A stretch of DNA of 18,202 nt from Candidatus Parvarchaeum sp. (GTDB lineage Archaea > Nanobdellota > Nanobdellia > Parvarchaeales > Parvarchaeaceae). Position 1 is the stretch's first letter; every line of letters starts with the position of its first letter. The position numbers and the translations under genes were made by a program. Positions 7,680-15,991 of this stretch are shown piece by piece. Location of the stretch: positions 1 through 18,202 of the forward strand of contig JBMFWF010000012.1 of assembly GCA_049965555.1 (NCBI GenBank), written 5' to 3'. The notes under the pieces are model-generated. The model had not been told where the DNA came from. It did not search any database and saw nothing but the letters and a program-made list of their open reading frames with translations.

Positions 7680-8696
7680 ATGAAATTTTATATTTCAATT
7701 GATTATTCCGACAGCGAAAGCAGGAAGGCACTGCCCTCACTCATAAGATTCATGAAGGAAAGAAAAGCAAAGTTCTCCATTGAAAAAAAGGAAAAGAAGG
7801 GCAAAGCTGAAGACCTCAAAGGATTTGACATGATAATAGCATTCGGCAGCAGCTTCAACGTACTAAGAACATTTAGACAAATGAAATCGGATATTCCTGT
7901 GCTGGGCGTTTCAATATATGAGAATGAGTTCCTTCCTGAAATAACACTAGAGGACTTCAAAAGGCTTTTCACAATAATAAACGACGGCAAGTACAGCATA
8001 GAAAAGAGGAACAGGCTGGAAGCATTTGTTGATGATAAACCGCTTCCGCCAGTATTGAATGAATTTGTTATAACTGCAAATAAGAGCGCATCAGTGATTT
8101 CATATTCATTGTATATTGACAAAAAGAAAATGTTCAATGATGAAGGGGACGGTATAATAGTGTCCACGCCTACTGGATCTACTGGCTACTCTTCCTCTTC
8201 TGGCGGGCCGGTAGTGCTGAATGATGCTGATATCATAGAATTAACGCCTTTATCCTCAATGCAGCAAAACAAGCCAATGATTGCAAACGGAAATTCATTA
8301 GTGACAATAGATAACCTGAATTCCAAGAGCGGGATAGATATCGTATCAGATGGGAGATTCCGCTACCAGTTCAGAGGTAAGAGGATAACCATAAGGAAAT
8401 ATGAACAGCCGGCCAATTTTATCACGATAAATGAAATAAAGAAAACACCGATAGAGAAGATGAAAAGCAGGGAATTAAGCATGCCTAAAATAGATGATGC
8501 CCCGCCTTCTGCTAAGTTCATACTCAAGCTTTTGCAGTATGAGGGGCCGTTGACACAGAAGGACATAATAAGCCTGTCAGCACTGCAGATAAGAACGGTT
8601 AGGCATGGCATCCTCTACCTTAAAAAGAAGGGCCTTATAGAGGAAAATAAGACGCTTAGAGATGCAAGGTTCAGCATTTACAGGCTCAAGAATTAA
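7680..8696 (+). CDS. NAD-kinase-fold protein with degenerate GGDG motif fused to a C-terminal winged HTH (putative regulator)
   Basis: Retains LNE and GDGIIVSTPTGSTGYSSSSGGP. IIAFGSSFNVL replaces IxxGGDGTxL. The C-terminus PPSAKFILKLLQYEGPLTQKDII...RTVRHGILYLKKKGLIEE...DARFSIYRL is a MarR/ArsR-like wHTH. Confidence 0.85.
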   Translation: MKFYISIDYSDSESRKALPSLIRFMKERKAKFSIEKKEKKGKAEDLKGFDMIIAFGSSFNVLRTFRQMKSDIPVLGVSIYENEFLPEITLEDFKRLFTIINDGKYSIEKRNRLEAFVDDKPLPPVLNEFVITANKSASVISYSLYIDKKKMFNDEGDGIIVSTPTGSTGYSSSSGGPVVLNDADIIELTPLSSMQQNKPMIANGNSLVTIDNLNSKSGIDIVSDGRFRYQFRGKRITIRKYEQPANFITINEIKKTPIEKMKSRELSMPKIDDAPPSAKFILKLLQYEGPLTQKDIISLSALQIRTVRHGILYLKKKGLIEENKTLRDARFSIYRLKN

Positions 8697-10107
8697 GTTT
8701 TTCCTCCATTATCCTGTTCCTTGCATCAAGTATGTCTTTTCCTATTCTAACAGGGAATGGTTCAAAGTCCTCCAATCGCCGATATCTTTCCTGCAAGGAT
8801 GAAAGCTGTCTTTTTGTGTATTCTTTTATTTCCTTTAACGATGGAAAATCGTAAACCAACTTTCCGCCTTCTATTGCCGGCACAAGAAGCTGCTGGTATC
8901 CTTTGTATTTATTGCTAGAAGGCCTGTCTATTATATCATCAAGCATGAATCCATCTTCAAACCTGCGGTATATTTGCTTGTTAAAAGGCAATGTCGTTTT
9001 ATCGCTGCTGCTTATCTTTATCTTTGGAATAAATGTTCCATTTTCCTCTTCTTCCACAAGCTTGTAAACTCCCCCCAAAGCAGATACGCCTCCTTTCTTT
9101 GAAATCGAATTATAGTTTGCCGCAGTGTCCAGCCTTGTCCCAACACCGTAAATGTCTATCGGAGCATTGTTCTTTACAAAGTAATCTATCTGGTATTCAT
9201 CCAGATCGCTGCTTGCTATTATCTTTGTGTTTGAAAAGCCGTTATCATCAAGTATCCTCCTTACCTGCCTGCTTAGTTGTAGCAGATCGCCGCCGTCTAT
9301 CCTGACGCCTTTTAAGTCGTATCCTCTCCTTCTGAGCTCATTCCCAACAATGCAGGCATTCTGTGCCCCTTTCAAAGTATCATATGTGTCTATGAGGAAA
9401 ACTGCGTCATTTGGAAACGATTCAGCGTATTCCCTAAAGGCCTCAAGTTCGCTTTCCCTTTCCTGAACGAACTTATGTGGCATAGTTCCTGAATATGGTA
9501 TACCAAGTTTCATTGCAGCAGATACCAATGCTGTCCCTGCCGCCCCTCCTATGTAAGAGGCCCTTGAACTTAAAATTGCCGCATCCCTTCCGTGTGCCCT
9601 TCTTGCGCCAAAATCAAGGAAGGCTTTGCCGTTTGAAGCGTATGCTATCCTGGCTGCCTTGGTCGCCACCATGGTTTGGAAGTTCATAACAGAAAGGATA
9701 TAAGTTTCAAATAGTTGCACTTCTATTGAATTGCCGGTCACAGTGATTATTGGCTCATTTGGAAACACGACAGTCCCTTCTGGCACTGCATTCACATTTC
9801 CTTTAAACTTAAAGTTCTGCAGGTAATCTAGAAAATCGTCTGTTAATGCGCCGTTTGAGCTTTCTTTCAGCCACTCTGCCTCTTCTTTGCTTAGCTTAAA
9901 GTTTTTTATGAAGCTGATTACCTGCTCTAAACCAGTAGCAACCATATAACCGCCCAGGTTTTCAGGTATGTTCCTGAAATAATACACCTCGGTTATCTTA
10001 TTGTTTCTCCCATGATCGAAGTTCGCCTGGCCGCTTGTAAGCTCGTAATAGTCAAGAAAAAGCGGCATTTCAGAGTCATTCATTAAAAGTGAATTCAGTT
10101 TTTCCAT
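8686..10107 (-). CDS. pncB: Nicotinate phosphoribosyltransferase
   Basis: LDYYELT, AVPEGTVVFPNEP, QLFET, DFGARRAHG, GTMPH, LIDTYD, GVRIDGGD, SSDLDE, YGVGT and GVYKL motifs. Confidence 0.95.
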   Translation of the reverse strand: MEKLNSLLMNDSEMPLFLDYYELTSGQANFDHGRNNKITEVYYFRNIPENLGGYMVATGLEQVISFIKNFKLSKEEAEWLKESSNGALTDDFLDYLQNFKFKGNVNAVPEGTVVFPNEPIITVTGNSIEVQLFETYILSVMNFQTMVATKAARIAYASNGKAFLDFGARRAHGRDAAILSSRASYIGGAAGTALVSAAMKLGIPYSGTMPHKFVQERESELEAFREYAESFPNDAVFLIDTYDTLKGAQNACIVGNELRRRGYDLKGVRIDGGDLLQLSRQVRRILDDNGFSNTKIIASSDLDEYQIDYFVKNNAPIDIYGVGTRLDTAANYNSISKKGGVSALGGVYKLVEEEENGTFIPKIKISSSDKTTLPFNKQIYRRFEDGFMLDDIIDRPSSNKYKGYQQLLVPAIEGGKLVYDFPSLKEIKEYTKRQLSSLQERYRRLEDFEPFPVRIGKDILDARNRIMEEKLNS

Positions 10108-10115
10108 AACTATAG

Positions 10116-10132
10116 AAGAAATGGCATTTCTT
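10116..10132. promoter_or_regulatory. Perfect 17-bp palindrome AAGAAATG-G-CATTTCTT, candidate operator in the pncB/pncA divergent promoter
   Basis: 8-bp arms with a 1-nt spacer, lying between a TATA-like TTAATA (minus strand, about 10137-10132) and the pncB ATG at 10107. A related half-site AAAAATGGCA occurs on the minus strand at 10180-10189. Confidence 0.55.
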
Positions 10133-10245
10133 ATTAAGGAATCTAAATGGGAAATTTTTGCAGCTTATTTTAGTCCATGTGCCATTTTTTCCCACACTAA
10201 ACATGATTTAAAGAATCGCTGACAAAGAGTTGAAAAGGAGGTAAT

Positions 10246-10863
10246 ATGGAAAAAGCTTTATTGCTGGTGGATTTGATAAAGGGCTTCGGCCAAGAGGGAT
10301 ACGACAAGAACATGTACTGCAGAAACGTGGAAAAAATAAAGGGAAGTCTACAGCAGCTTGTTGAGTATGCTAATAAAAACAACATACCTGTAATATACTG
10401 CTGTGATGCGCATGAAAACAATGACCCTGAACTGAAAAGAAACGGCGGGCCCTGGGAGGAGCACTGCATGAAAGGCACTGAAAGCAGTGACATTGTTGAT
10501 TGGCTCCCTTCTAAAAATTTATTGAAATTAACGAATACTGACGCAAAATATAAGATCATCGGCAAGGAAGCACAAAATAAAATGTACAGGATCGACAAGA
10601 GAACTTACAGCGGGTTCTACAATACAGTTCTTGATGAGCTGTTAAAAAATAACGGCATAAAGGAAGTTTACATTGCAGGACTTGTGACAAGCATATGCGT
10701 TCAGCATACAGCTGCTGATGCATTCTTCAGAGGCTACAAAATTAATATTGTTGAAAACGGATGCGCCGACACAAACAACGAAAAACATGAAAATGCCATA
10801 GAGTACATGAAAAACAACTATTCTGCTAAGATAGTTGAGATGGAGAAAACTGGTTTGAAATAA
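10246..10863 (+). CDS. pncA: Nicotinamidase / isochorismatase-family cysteine hydrolase
   Basis: LLLVD (catalytic Asp), DAH, WEEHC, DKRTYSGF (Lys) and GLVTSICVQHTAADA (catalytic Cys). SD AGGAGG upstream. Clustered with pncB and nadE. Confidence 0.9.
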   Translation: MEKALLLVDLIKGFGQEGYDKNMYCRNVEKIKGSLQQLVEYANKNNIPVIYCCDAHENNDPELKRNGGPWEEHCMKGTESSDIVDWLPSKNLLKLTNTDAKYKIIGKEAQNKMYRIDKRTYSGFYNTVLDELLKNNGIKEVYIAGLVTSICVQHTAADAFFRGYKINIVENGCADTNNEKHENAIEYMKNNYSAKIVEMEKTGLK

Positions 10864-10877
10864 CACTCTGTGTGTAT

Positions 10878-11705
10878 ATGGAAATTCCAAGCGAATTAAG
10901 GATAAATGAAAAAAGCGCAGTTGAGTACACCGTTAAATGGGTAAAGGATTACTTTAAACCACTTAAAACCAAAAAAGCTGTAATTGGGTTATCGGGCGGA
11001 GGTGATTCTACTTTTACAGCTTACGTCTGCAGAATAGCACTTGGAAAGGAAAATGTTCTTGGAGTGATAATGCCTTCTGATTCAAATCCAGAAGAGGATG
11101 AAAAAGATGCATATGCAGTTGCAAAGGCAATCGGGATTAGTGCAAAGACGATAGATATCTCACCGATAATGAAGGCAATAGAAAGGGAAAATCCTGAATT
11201 AAAGGAAGAAAAGAACAGGATTGCAAGGGCAAACATAAAGGCAAGGCTGAGGATGCTTCTTTTGTACAAGGAAGCAAATGAATCAAACGCTTTAGTTGCG
11301 GGAACTGACGACAGAAGTGAACATGCTTTAGGTTATTACACAAAATATGGGGATGGAGGAGTCGATATAAATGTGCCAGAGCATCTTTACAAGATGCAAG
11401 TTAGGCAGATACTTCTGTGGATAGGGGAAAATGAGAATATGGGCATATTTGAAAAGATAGCTGAGAAGGTGCCTTCTCCAAGGCTATGGAAGGGACAGAC
11501 AGCAGAAAACGAGCTTGACATCCATTACGAAGATATTGACAGAATACTTTATACCATGAACGAAAAGAAGATAAGGACTGCTGAGAGGATAGCAAATCAA
11601 ACCGGTATAAAAAAGAGTAAAGTAATGAAAGTCCTGAAAATGATGCAGAAAAATGCGCACAAAAACACCCTGCCGCCCTCTCCCCCTATAAGATATTTTA
11701 ACTAA
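10878..11705 (+). CDS. nadE: NH3-dependent NAD+ synthetase
   Basis: GLSGGGDS PP-loop, NIKARLRM, GYYTKYGDGGVD, LYKMQV and PSPRLWKGQTAENEL. No glutaminase domain. ATG 10878 is preferred over GTG 10872. Confidence 0.95.
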   Translation: MEIPSELRINEKSAVEYTVKWVKDYFKPLKTKKAVIGLSGGGDSTFTAYVCRIALGKENVLGVIMPSDSNPEEDEKDAYAVAKAIGISAKTIDISPIMKAIERENPELKEEKNRIARANIKARLRMLLLYKEANESNALVAGTDDRSEHALGYYTKYGDGGVDINVPEHLYKMQVRQILLWIGENENMGIFEKIAEKVPSPRLWKGQTAENELDIHYEDIDRILYTMNEKKIRTAERIANQTGIKKSKVMKVLKMMQKNAHKNTLPPSPPIRYFN

Positions 11706-11722
11706 AAGAGGCATTAATTGAA

Positions 11723-12481
11723 ATGAAAATAAAGATAATCTCAAAGAAAAATTACCCTGAGCTGAAGAAACTTTATAGAAGATTCGATATTTCAGATGAT
11801 GCAGGAGTGTGCATTGCCGTAGGCGGTGACGGTACTTTCATAAAGGCAGCAAATGAATTTGATGGGCCCATTCTGCCGGTAAGAAGCGATGAAAAGAACA
11901 GCACAGGGTATTATGCAGATGTTGGCCTTAAAGACATTGACTTTATAATTAAAAGCCTGCTGTCCAAAAATTATAAAGTAGAAGAAATTGGAAGAAAAAT
12001 AGAGGTTGGTTATGATAAAAGCAAGTATTACGGAGTGAATGAGATCCTTTTAAAGGACATACAGGAAGAGGTTTACTTTAAACTTTATTATGATGAAAAG
12101 GAAAAAAGAAACAGGCTTTATGAATACACTTTAAGCGGAGATGGCTTTTTGGTAACCAGCGCAATAGGTTCTACAGCATACAATAGAACTGCAGGTGGCC
12201 CAATAATACTGGATAAAGACGTGCTGTGCCTTACTTTTCTGTCGATAGAGAACCCGCTTACTAATTCTGTCATACTGAGAAAAGATGAAAAACTGCATGT
12301 TGAAATAGAGAAAGGGAGAGGAGTGCTCAGCTATGACGGCATAGTTATAAGCGAAGTCAGCCCGGGCAAATCCTTTGACATCAGGCTTTCAAACAAAAAG
12401 GTAAAAGTTTTGAAACTGAAAAACCATTATGAAGAGTTCTCTGAGAAGCTGTCTAGAATAATAAAAAGCAAGATGAACTGA
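11723..12481 (+). CDS. nadK: NAD(+)/NADH kinase (intact catalytic motif)
   Basis: IAVGGDGTFI, VNE, GDGFLVTSAIGSTAYNRTAGGP and YDG motifs. Lies downstream of nadE. Confidence 0.9.
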   Translation: MKIKIISKKNYPELKKLYRRFDISDDAGVCIAVGGDGTFIKAANEFDGPILPVRSDEKNSTGYYADVGLKDIDFIIKSLLSKNYKVEEIGRKIEVGYDKSKYYGVNEILLKDIQEEVYFKLYYDEKEKRNRLYEYTLSGDGFLVTSAIGSTAYNRTAGGPIILDKDVLCLTFLSIENPLTNSVILRKDEKLHVEIEKGRGVLSYDGIVISEVSPGKSFDIRLSNKKVKVLKLKNHYEEFSEKLSRIIKSKMN

Positions 12482-12535
12482 ACGTTAGGGTAGAAAAGCA
12501 AAAGATATTTAAGTTATTGTAGTTATCAAAAAACA

Positions 12536-12856
12536 ATGGCAAAGATGTTCTTTTTTGTTATAAGTGCAGACTCTGAAAAGATAAACATGGCCGTAGGCTT
12601 TGCTTCTAGAAGAAAAGAAAAAGGAGATGAAGTAAGGTTCCTTGTTTTCGGGCCGGCAGAAAACTTTATAGCAGAGCATGGAGAATTGATTGAAAACATA
12701 GACAAAGTTAAGGAAGCGATCAAGCCAAAGGCCTGTGTGTTCATAGCCCAGCAGAACAAACTTGAAGACAAGTTCAAGGGCCATTTGGAATTGTTGCCTG
12801 CCGGAGAATACATGTCAAAATCAATAGAAGAGGGCTTTTCAATTATAACTATCTAA
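12536..12856 (+). CDS. DsrE/DsrF-like small protein
   Basis: 106 aa with the pattern EVRFLVFGPAE...KACVFIA...AGEYMSKSIEEGFSIITI and a single Cys. Confidence 0.7.
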   Translation: MAKMFFFVISADSEKINMAVGFASRRKEKGDEVRFLVFGPAENFIAEHGELIENIDKVKEAIKPKACVFIAQQNKLEDKFKGHLELLPAGEYMSKSIEEGFSIITI

Positions 12857-12889
12857 ATAGGAATGATTTTAGTTTAGAGTAAACCTTAC

Positions 12890-14209
12890 TTACATCGATT
12901 TAACGGTCTTTTCGAGCCTATTCAATCCCTCTAGGATCTCGTCTTCCTTTATTGCAAGAGAAGGTCTAAATCTAATCCCTTTTTCTCCTGTCTTTAGGGC
13001 AAGCATACCATTCTCCCTGTAAAGCTTGTCTATGAACCTGTCTCTCTCTGCAGTGTCCTTCAAATCAAAGGCCACCATCAAGCCTCTGCCTCTCGCATTG
13101 TATATCTTATCGGGATATTTTTCTTGCAGATCCTGTATGCCTTTAAGAAGCTCTCTACCTCTTATTTCTGCGTTTTCTACCAAATTATCCTCTTTTATTA
13201 TTTCCAGATATCGCGTAGCTCTCACCATATCGGCAAGGTTTCCTCCCCATGTTGAATTTATCCTGCTGGGAACATGGAAGACATGCTCTTCGATGTCCTC
13301 TATCCTATCGCTTACCATTATACCGCAGACTTGCAGCTTCTTCCCAAACACAAGTATATCGGGATTGAAATCAAAATGCTGATATGCCCACCATTTGCCT
13401 GTAGCGCCCATGCCGGTCTGGACCTCGTCTACTATGAAAAGCATTTCATTTTCATCTGTGAATCTTCTAAGCCTCTGAAAATACTCTTTTCTAAAGTGAT
13501 TGTCTCCGCCCTCTGCCTGTATCGGTTCTATTATAAGGGCCGCTATATTGTCTTTGTCCTTCTTGACAGCTTCTTCTGCCTCTTCAAGGCTTTTGTTTTC
13601 AAGGTCTTCCACCTTCTTTAAGTTCTCTTCATTCAAAGGAAAAGTTATCTTTGGATTTGTAATTCTGGGCCAATTGAACTTGGGAAAGTACTTTATCTTG
13701 TTCGGATCAAAGGTGTTAGTAAGAGAAAGAGTATAACCTGATCTGCCATGAAAGGCCTCTTTAAGGTGCATTATTTTCTGTCCTTTCTCCTCCTTATGGC
13801 CATTCATAAAGTTCTTCCTTACCTTCCAATCTATTGCGGTTTTAAGCGCATTTTCAACTGCTAATGCGCCGCCTTCAATAAAGAAGTAATGCTTCATGTG
13901 AGTAGGCGCGGCTATCCTATCCAAAGCGTCTACAAACTCTGCCATTTCGACAGTATAAACGTCGCTGTTTGTTGGCTTGTTTATCGCTGCCCTCTGCAGC
14001 TTCTTCAAAAATGATGGCTCAAACATCTTGTCATGGTTCATCCCGATTGTAGAAGTTGCGAAGAAACCAAAAAAGTCCAATAGTTTTTTATCATGCAAAG
14101 AATCGTAAAGCCATGATCCCTTTGATTTTTCCAGATCGAGAACGAAATCATAGCCGTCTGCAAGGATGTGCCTGCCTAGTATAGAATGCACATCTTCTGG
14201 CTTTATCAT
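12890..14209 (-). CDS. lat: L-lysine 6-aminotransferase (class III PLP aminotransferase)
   Basis: HILADG, LDFFGFFA, EGGALAVENALK, FHGRSGYTLSLTNT, EPIQAEGGD, DEVQTG, FGKK.QVCG and RINSTWGG motifs. Confidence 0.92.
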   Translation of the reverse strand: MIKPEDVHSILGRHILADGYDFVLDLEKSKGSWLYDSLHDKKLLDFFGFFATSTIGMNHDKMFEPSFLKKLQRAAINKPTNSDVYTVEMAEFVDALDRIAAPTHMKHYFFIEGGALAVENALKTAIDWKVRKNFMNGHKEEKGQKIMHLKEAFHGRSGYTLSLTNTFDPNKIKYFPKFNWPRITNPKITFPLNEENLKKVEDLENKSLEEAEEAVKKDKDNIAALIIEPIQAEGGDNHFRKEYFQRLRRFTDENEMLFIVDEVQTGMGATGKWWAYQHFDFNPDILVFGKKLQVCGIMVSDRIEDIEEHVFHVPSRINSTWGGNLADMVRATRYLEIIKEDNLVENAEIRGRELLKGIQDLQEKYPDKIYNARGRGLMVAFDLKDTAERDRFIDKLYRENGMLALKTGEKGIRFRPSLAIKEDEILEGLNRLEKTVKSM

Positions 14210-14265
14210 GATATTTATATGCGCTATTAAGATTTAATAATTACATTTTTGCTTTTACAAGATAT

Positions 14266-14460
14266 GTGAACTACCCCAAGCTTCCGCATGGAGCTTCACG
14301 CTTCTTCGGAAAAGGTTGTTATCCTCTGCGTGCATACTGCCCGGTTCCCGAGCAACTATTTTATTCTCCTTCGGTCTTACATTGCACGAAGCTAATTTGT
14401 GCAAAAGAGCTTTCCCCTTTCGGGTAGGTGTAGCACTTTCAGCCTCCACCGAGACCTGCC
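14266..14460 (-). ncRNA. TnpB omegaRNA/reRNA-like scaffold, copy 2 (guide = flank ATATCTTGTAAAAGCAAAAA...)
   Basis: Identical to 5054-5248 with the same hairpins and a different 3' flank. Confidence 0.6.
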
Positions 14461-14553
14461 TTTTACATATAATATCTGATTTTTCCCATATTTTTACTTT
14501 TCTTACCGCCCTTCATCCCACATCTTACGAAAGGAGACTTTTTGGTGGATTAT
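14266..14553 (-). mobile_element. Non-autonomous IS200/IS605-family derivative, copy 2, with imperfect left-end hairpin
   Basis: Same right end ...GGGGTAGTTCAC. The left end (minus strand) reads TTTAA|ATAATCCACCAA-AAAG-TCTCCTTTC-GTAA-GATGTGGGA-TGAAGGGCGG, with the hairpin at 14516-14537. It is a direct repeat of copy 1 at an offset of 9212 nt. Confidence 0.82.
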
Positions 14554-14579
14554 TTAAATCGATTTAATCTAATATTCTA

Positions 14580-15071
14580 ATGAGTTGTATAAGCTTAAAT
14601 AAAATCTTGGAGATAGCCTCCGAAGAACAGAAAGAAGAGATAGAGACAAACAAAGAGCTGAAAAGGAAGGTTAACTTTCTTGCGGATAAGAAAACAGGAT
14701 TAAAGGATATATACAAAAGACTAATTTACAGGGAAAAGGAAAAGCACTACATAGAACTCGATGAAAAGCAGTTTGACAGGTATGAAACGCTGAAAGGCAT
14801 TGTTAAAAACACTCTGGAAGCGGGGATTGCAGGCACGATGACAGGCACCCTGTTATACACATACCTTGGAAGCTCTCTACAGCCTTCTGTCTATATTTCA
14901 GTTTTCTTGTCGTCTGCTTCTCTCTATGGCGTTTCCGCATTCATCTACAAAAGAATAGAAAAAACCTTTGGAAAAGAACTTGCAAGAAAGGGGAGAAACC
15001 TAATAGAGGCATTAAATGACCTTTATCTGATAAAATCAAAGGAATACAAAAATGCATTTTATCCAAGATAA
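14580..15071 (+). CDS. Hypothetical membrane-associated protein (2 TM hairpin)
   Basis: 163 aa with a charged N-terminus and two hydrophobic segments. TATA-like TTTAAATC at about 14553-14560. Confidence 0.7.
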   Translation: MSCISLNKILEIASEEQKEEIETNKELKRKVNFLADKKTGLKDIYKRLIYREKEKHYIELDEKQFDRYETLKGIVKNTLEAGIAGTMTGTLLYTYLGSSLQPSVYISVFLSSASLYGVSAFIYKRIEKTFGKELARKGRNLIEALNDLYLIKSKEYKNAFYPR

Positions 15072-15074
15072 CTA

Positions 15075-15953
15075 ATGGAATACAAAAGGTTGGGAAACAC
15101 AAGGGAAAGGCTGTCTGCTATAGGAATAGGTACATGGCAATTGAGCAAGGACATAAAAGAGAATGAAAAGGCCATAAACCTTGCTATAGAAAAGGGAGTA
15201 AACCTAATAGACACTGCAGAGATATACGGAACAGAAAACACTGTCGGTAGAATAATAAAGGGAAAAAGGCTTTTCATAGCTACAAAAGTCTGGGCAACGC
15301 ACTTTAGATATGACCAAGTTTTAAAGGCATGCGAAAGAAGCCTTAAAAACTTGGATGTAAAGAGCATAGATCTTTACCAGCTCCACTGGCCAAACCCCAG
15401 GATAAACATAAAGGAAACTATGAAAGCCATGGAAAAGCTAGTTTACGATGGCAAGATAAGGTACATAGGAGTAAGCAACTTTAATGAGATGGAATTGAGA
15501 AATGCTCAAGAAGCCATGTCAAAATATGAGATAGTTTCAAATCAGGTTGAATACAACTTAATTGAAAGAATGCCTGAAATTAATTTAATTGATTACATGA
15601 AAAAGGAGAAGATTACGCTTTTAGCTTACAGCCCATTTGCGCACGGGAAAATATTCAAGAAAAAATACAAAGACATAATTGAAAGAGTAGGGGAGATAGG
15701 TAAAAAATACAATAAGACGGCTGAACAGGTGCTATTAAGATGGCTTATACAAAAAGATATTGTCATACCATTGACAAAGGCCAGCAATCCAAATCATATG
15801 CAAGAGAATATTGCTGCTGCTGATTTTAAGATAAACCAAAAAGATATGAAATTTATAGATAGTCTTACTCCAAAAAACAGCAATGCCGGGTTGAGCAGGT
15901 TCAAAAACTTCATAGCATATTACCTTATTTTGAGGGATTTGCTTCGGCTTTAA
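15075..15953 (+). CDS. Aldo/keto reductase
   Basis: IGIGTW, IDTAEIYG (D/Y), ATK (K), LYQLHWP (H), IGVSNF, NQVEYN and YSPF motifs. Confidence 0.95.
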   Translation: MEYKRLGNTRERLSAIGIGTWQLSKDIKENEKAINLAIEKGVNLIDTAEIYGTENTVGRIIKGKRLFIATKVWATHFRYDQVLKACERSLKNLDVKSIDLYQLHWPNPRINIKETMKAMEKLVYDGKIRYIGVSNFNEMELRNAQEAMSKYEIVSNQVEYNLIERMPEINLIDYMKKEKITLLAYSPFAHGKIFKKKYKDIIERVGEIGKKYNKTAEQVLLRWLIQKDIVIPLTKASNPNHMQENIAAADFKINQKDMKFIDSLTPKNSNAGLSRFKNFIAYYLILRDLLRL

Positions 15954-15991
15954 CAAAAAGTTTTTAATACTCCTGCATCTTATATAATAAA

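Noticed and set aside
12502-12513. Possible in-window target of guide 2 (CTTAA-ATATCTT on the minus strand in the DsrE promoter)
   Set aside because: Only a 7-nt match with an imperfect TAM in AT-rich promoter DNA, which is plausible by chance.
5054-14553. CRISPR array, prophage att sites or TSD-generating IS interpretation of the direct repeat
   Set aside because: There are only two long copies with no repeat-spacer periodicity, no integrase or phage genes and no terminal inverted repeats. The TAT..TAT flank in copy 2 is not reproduced in copy 1 (TAT..TAG).
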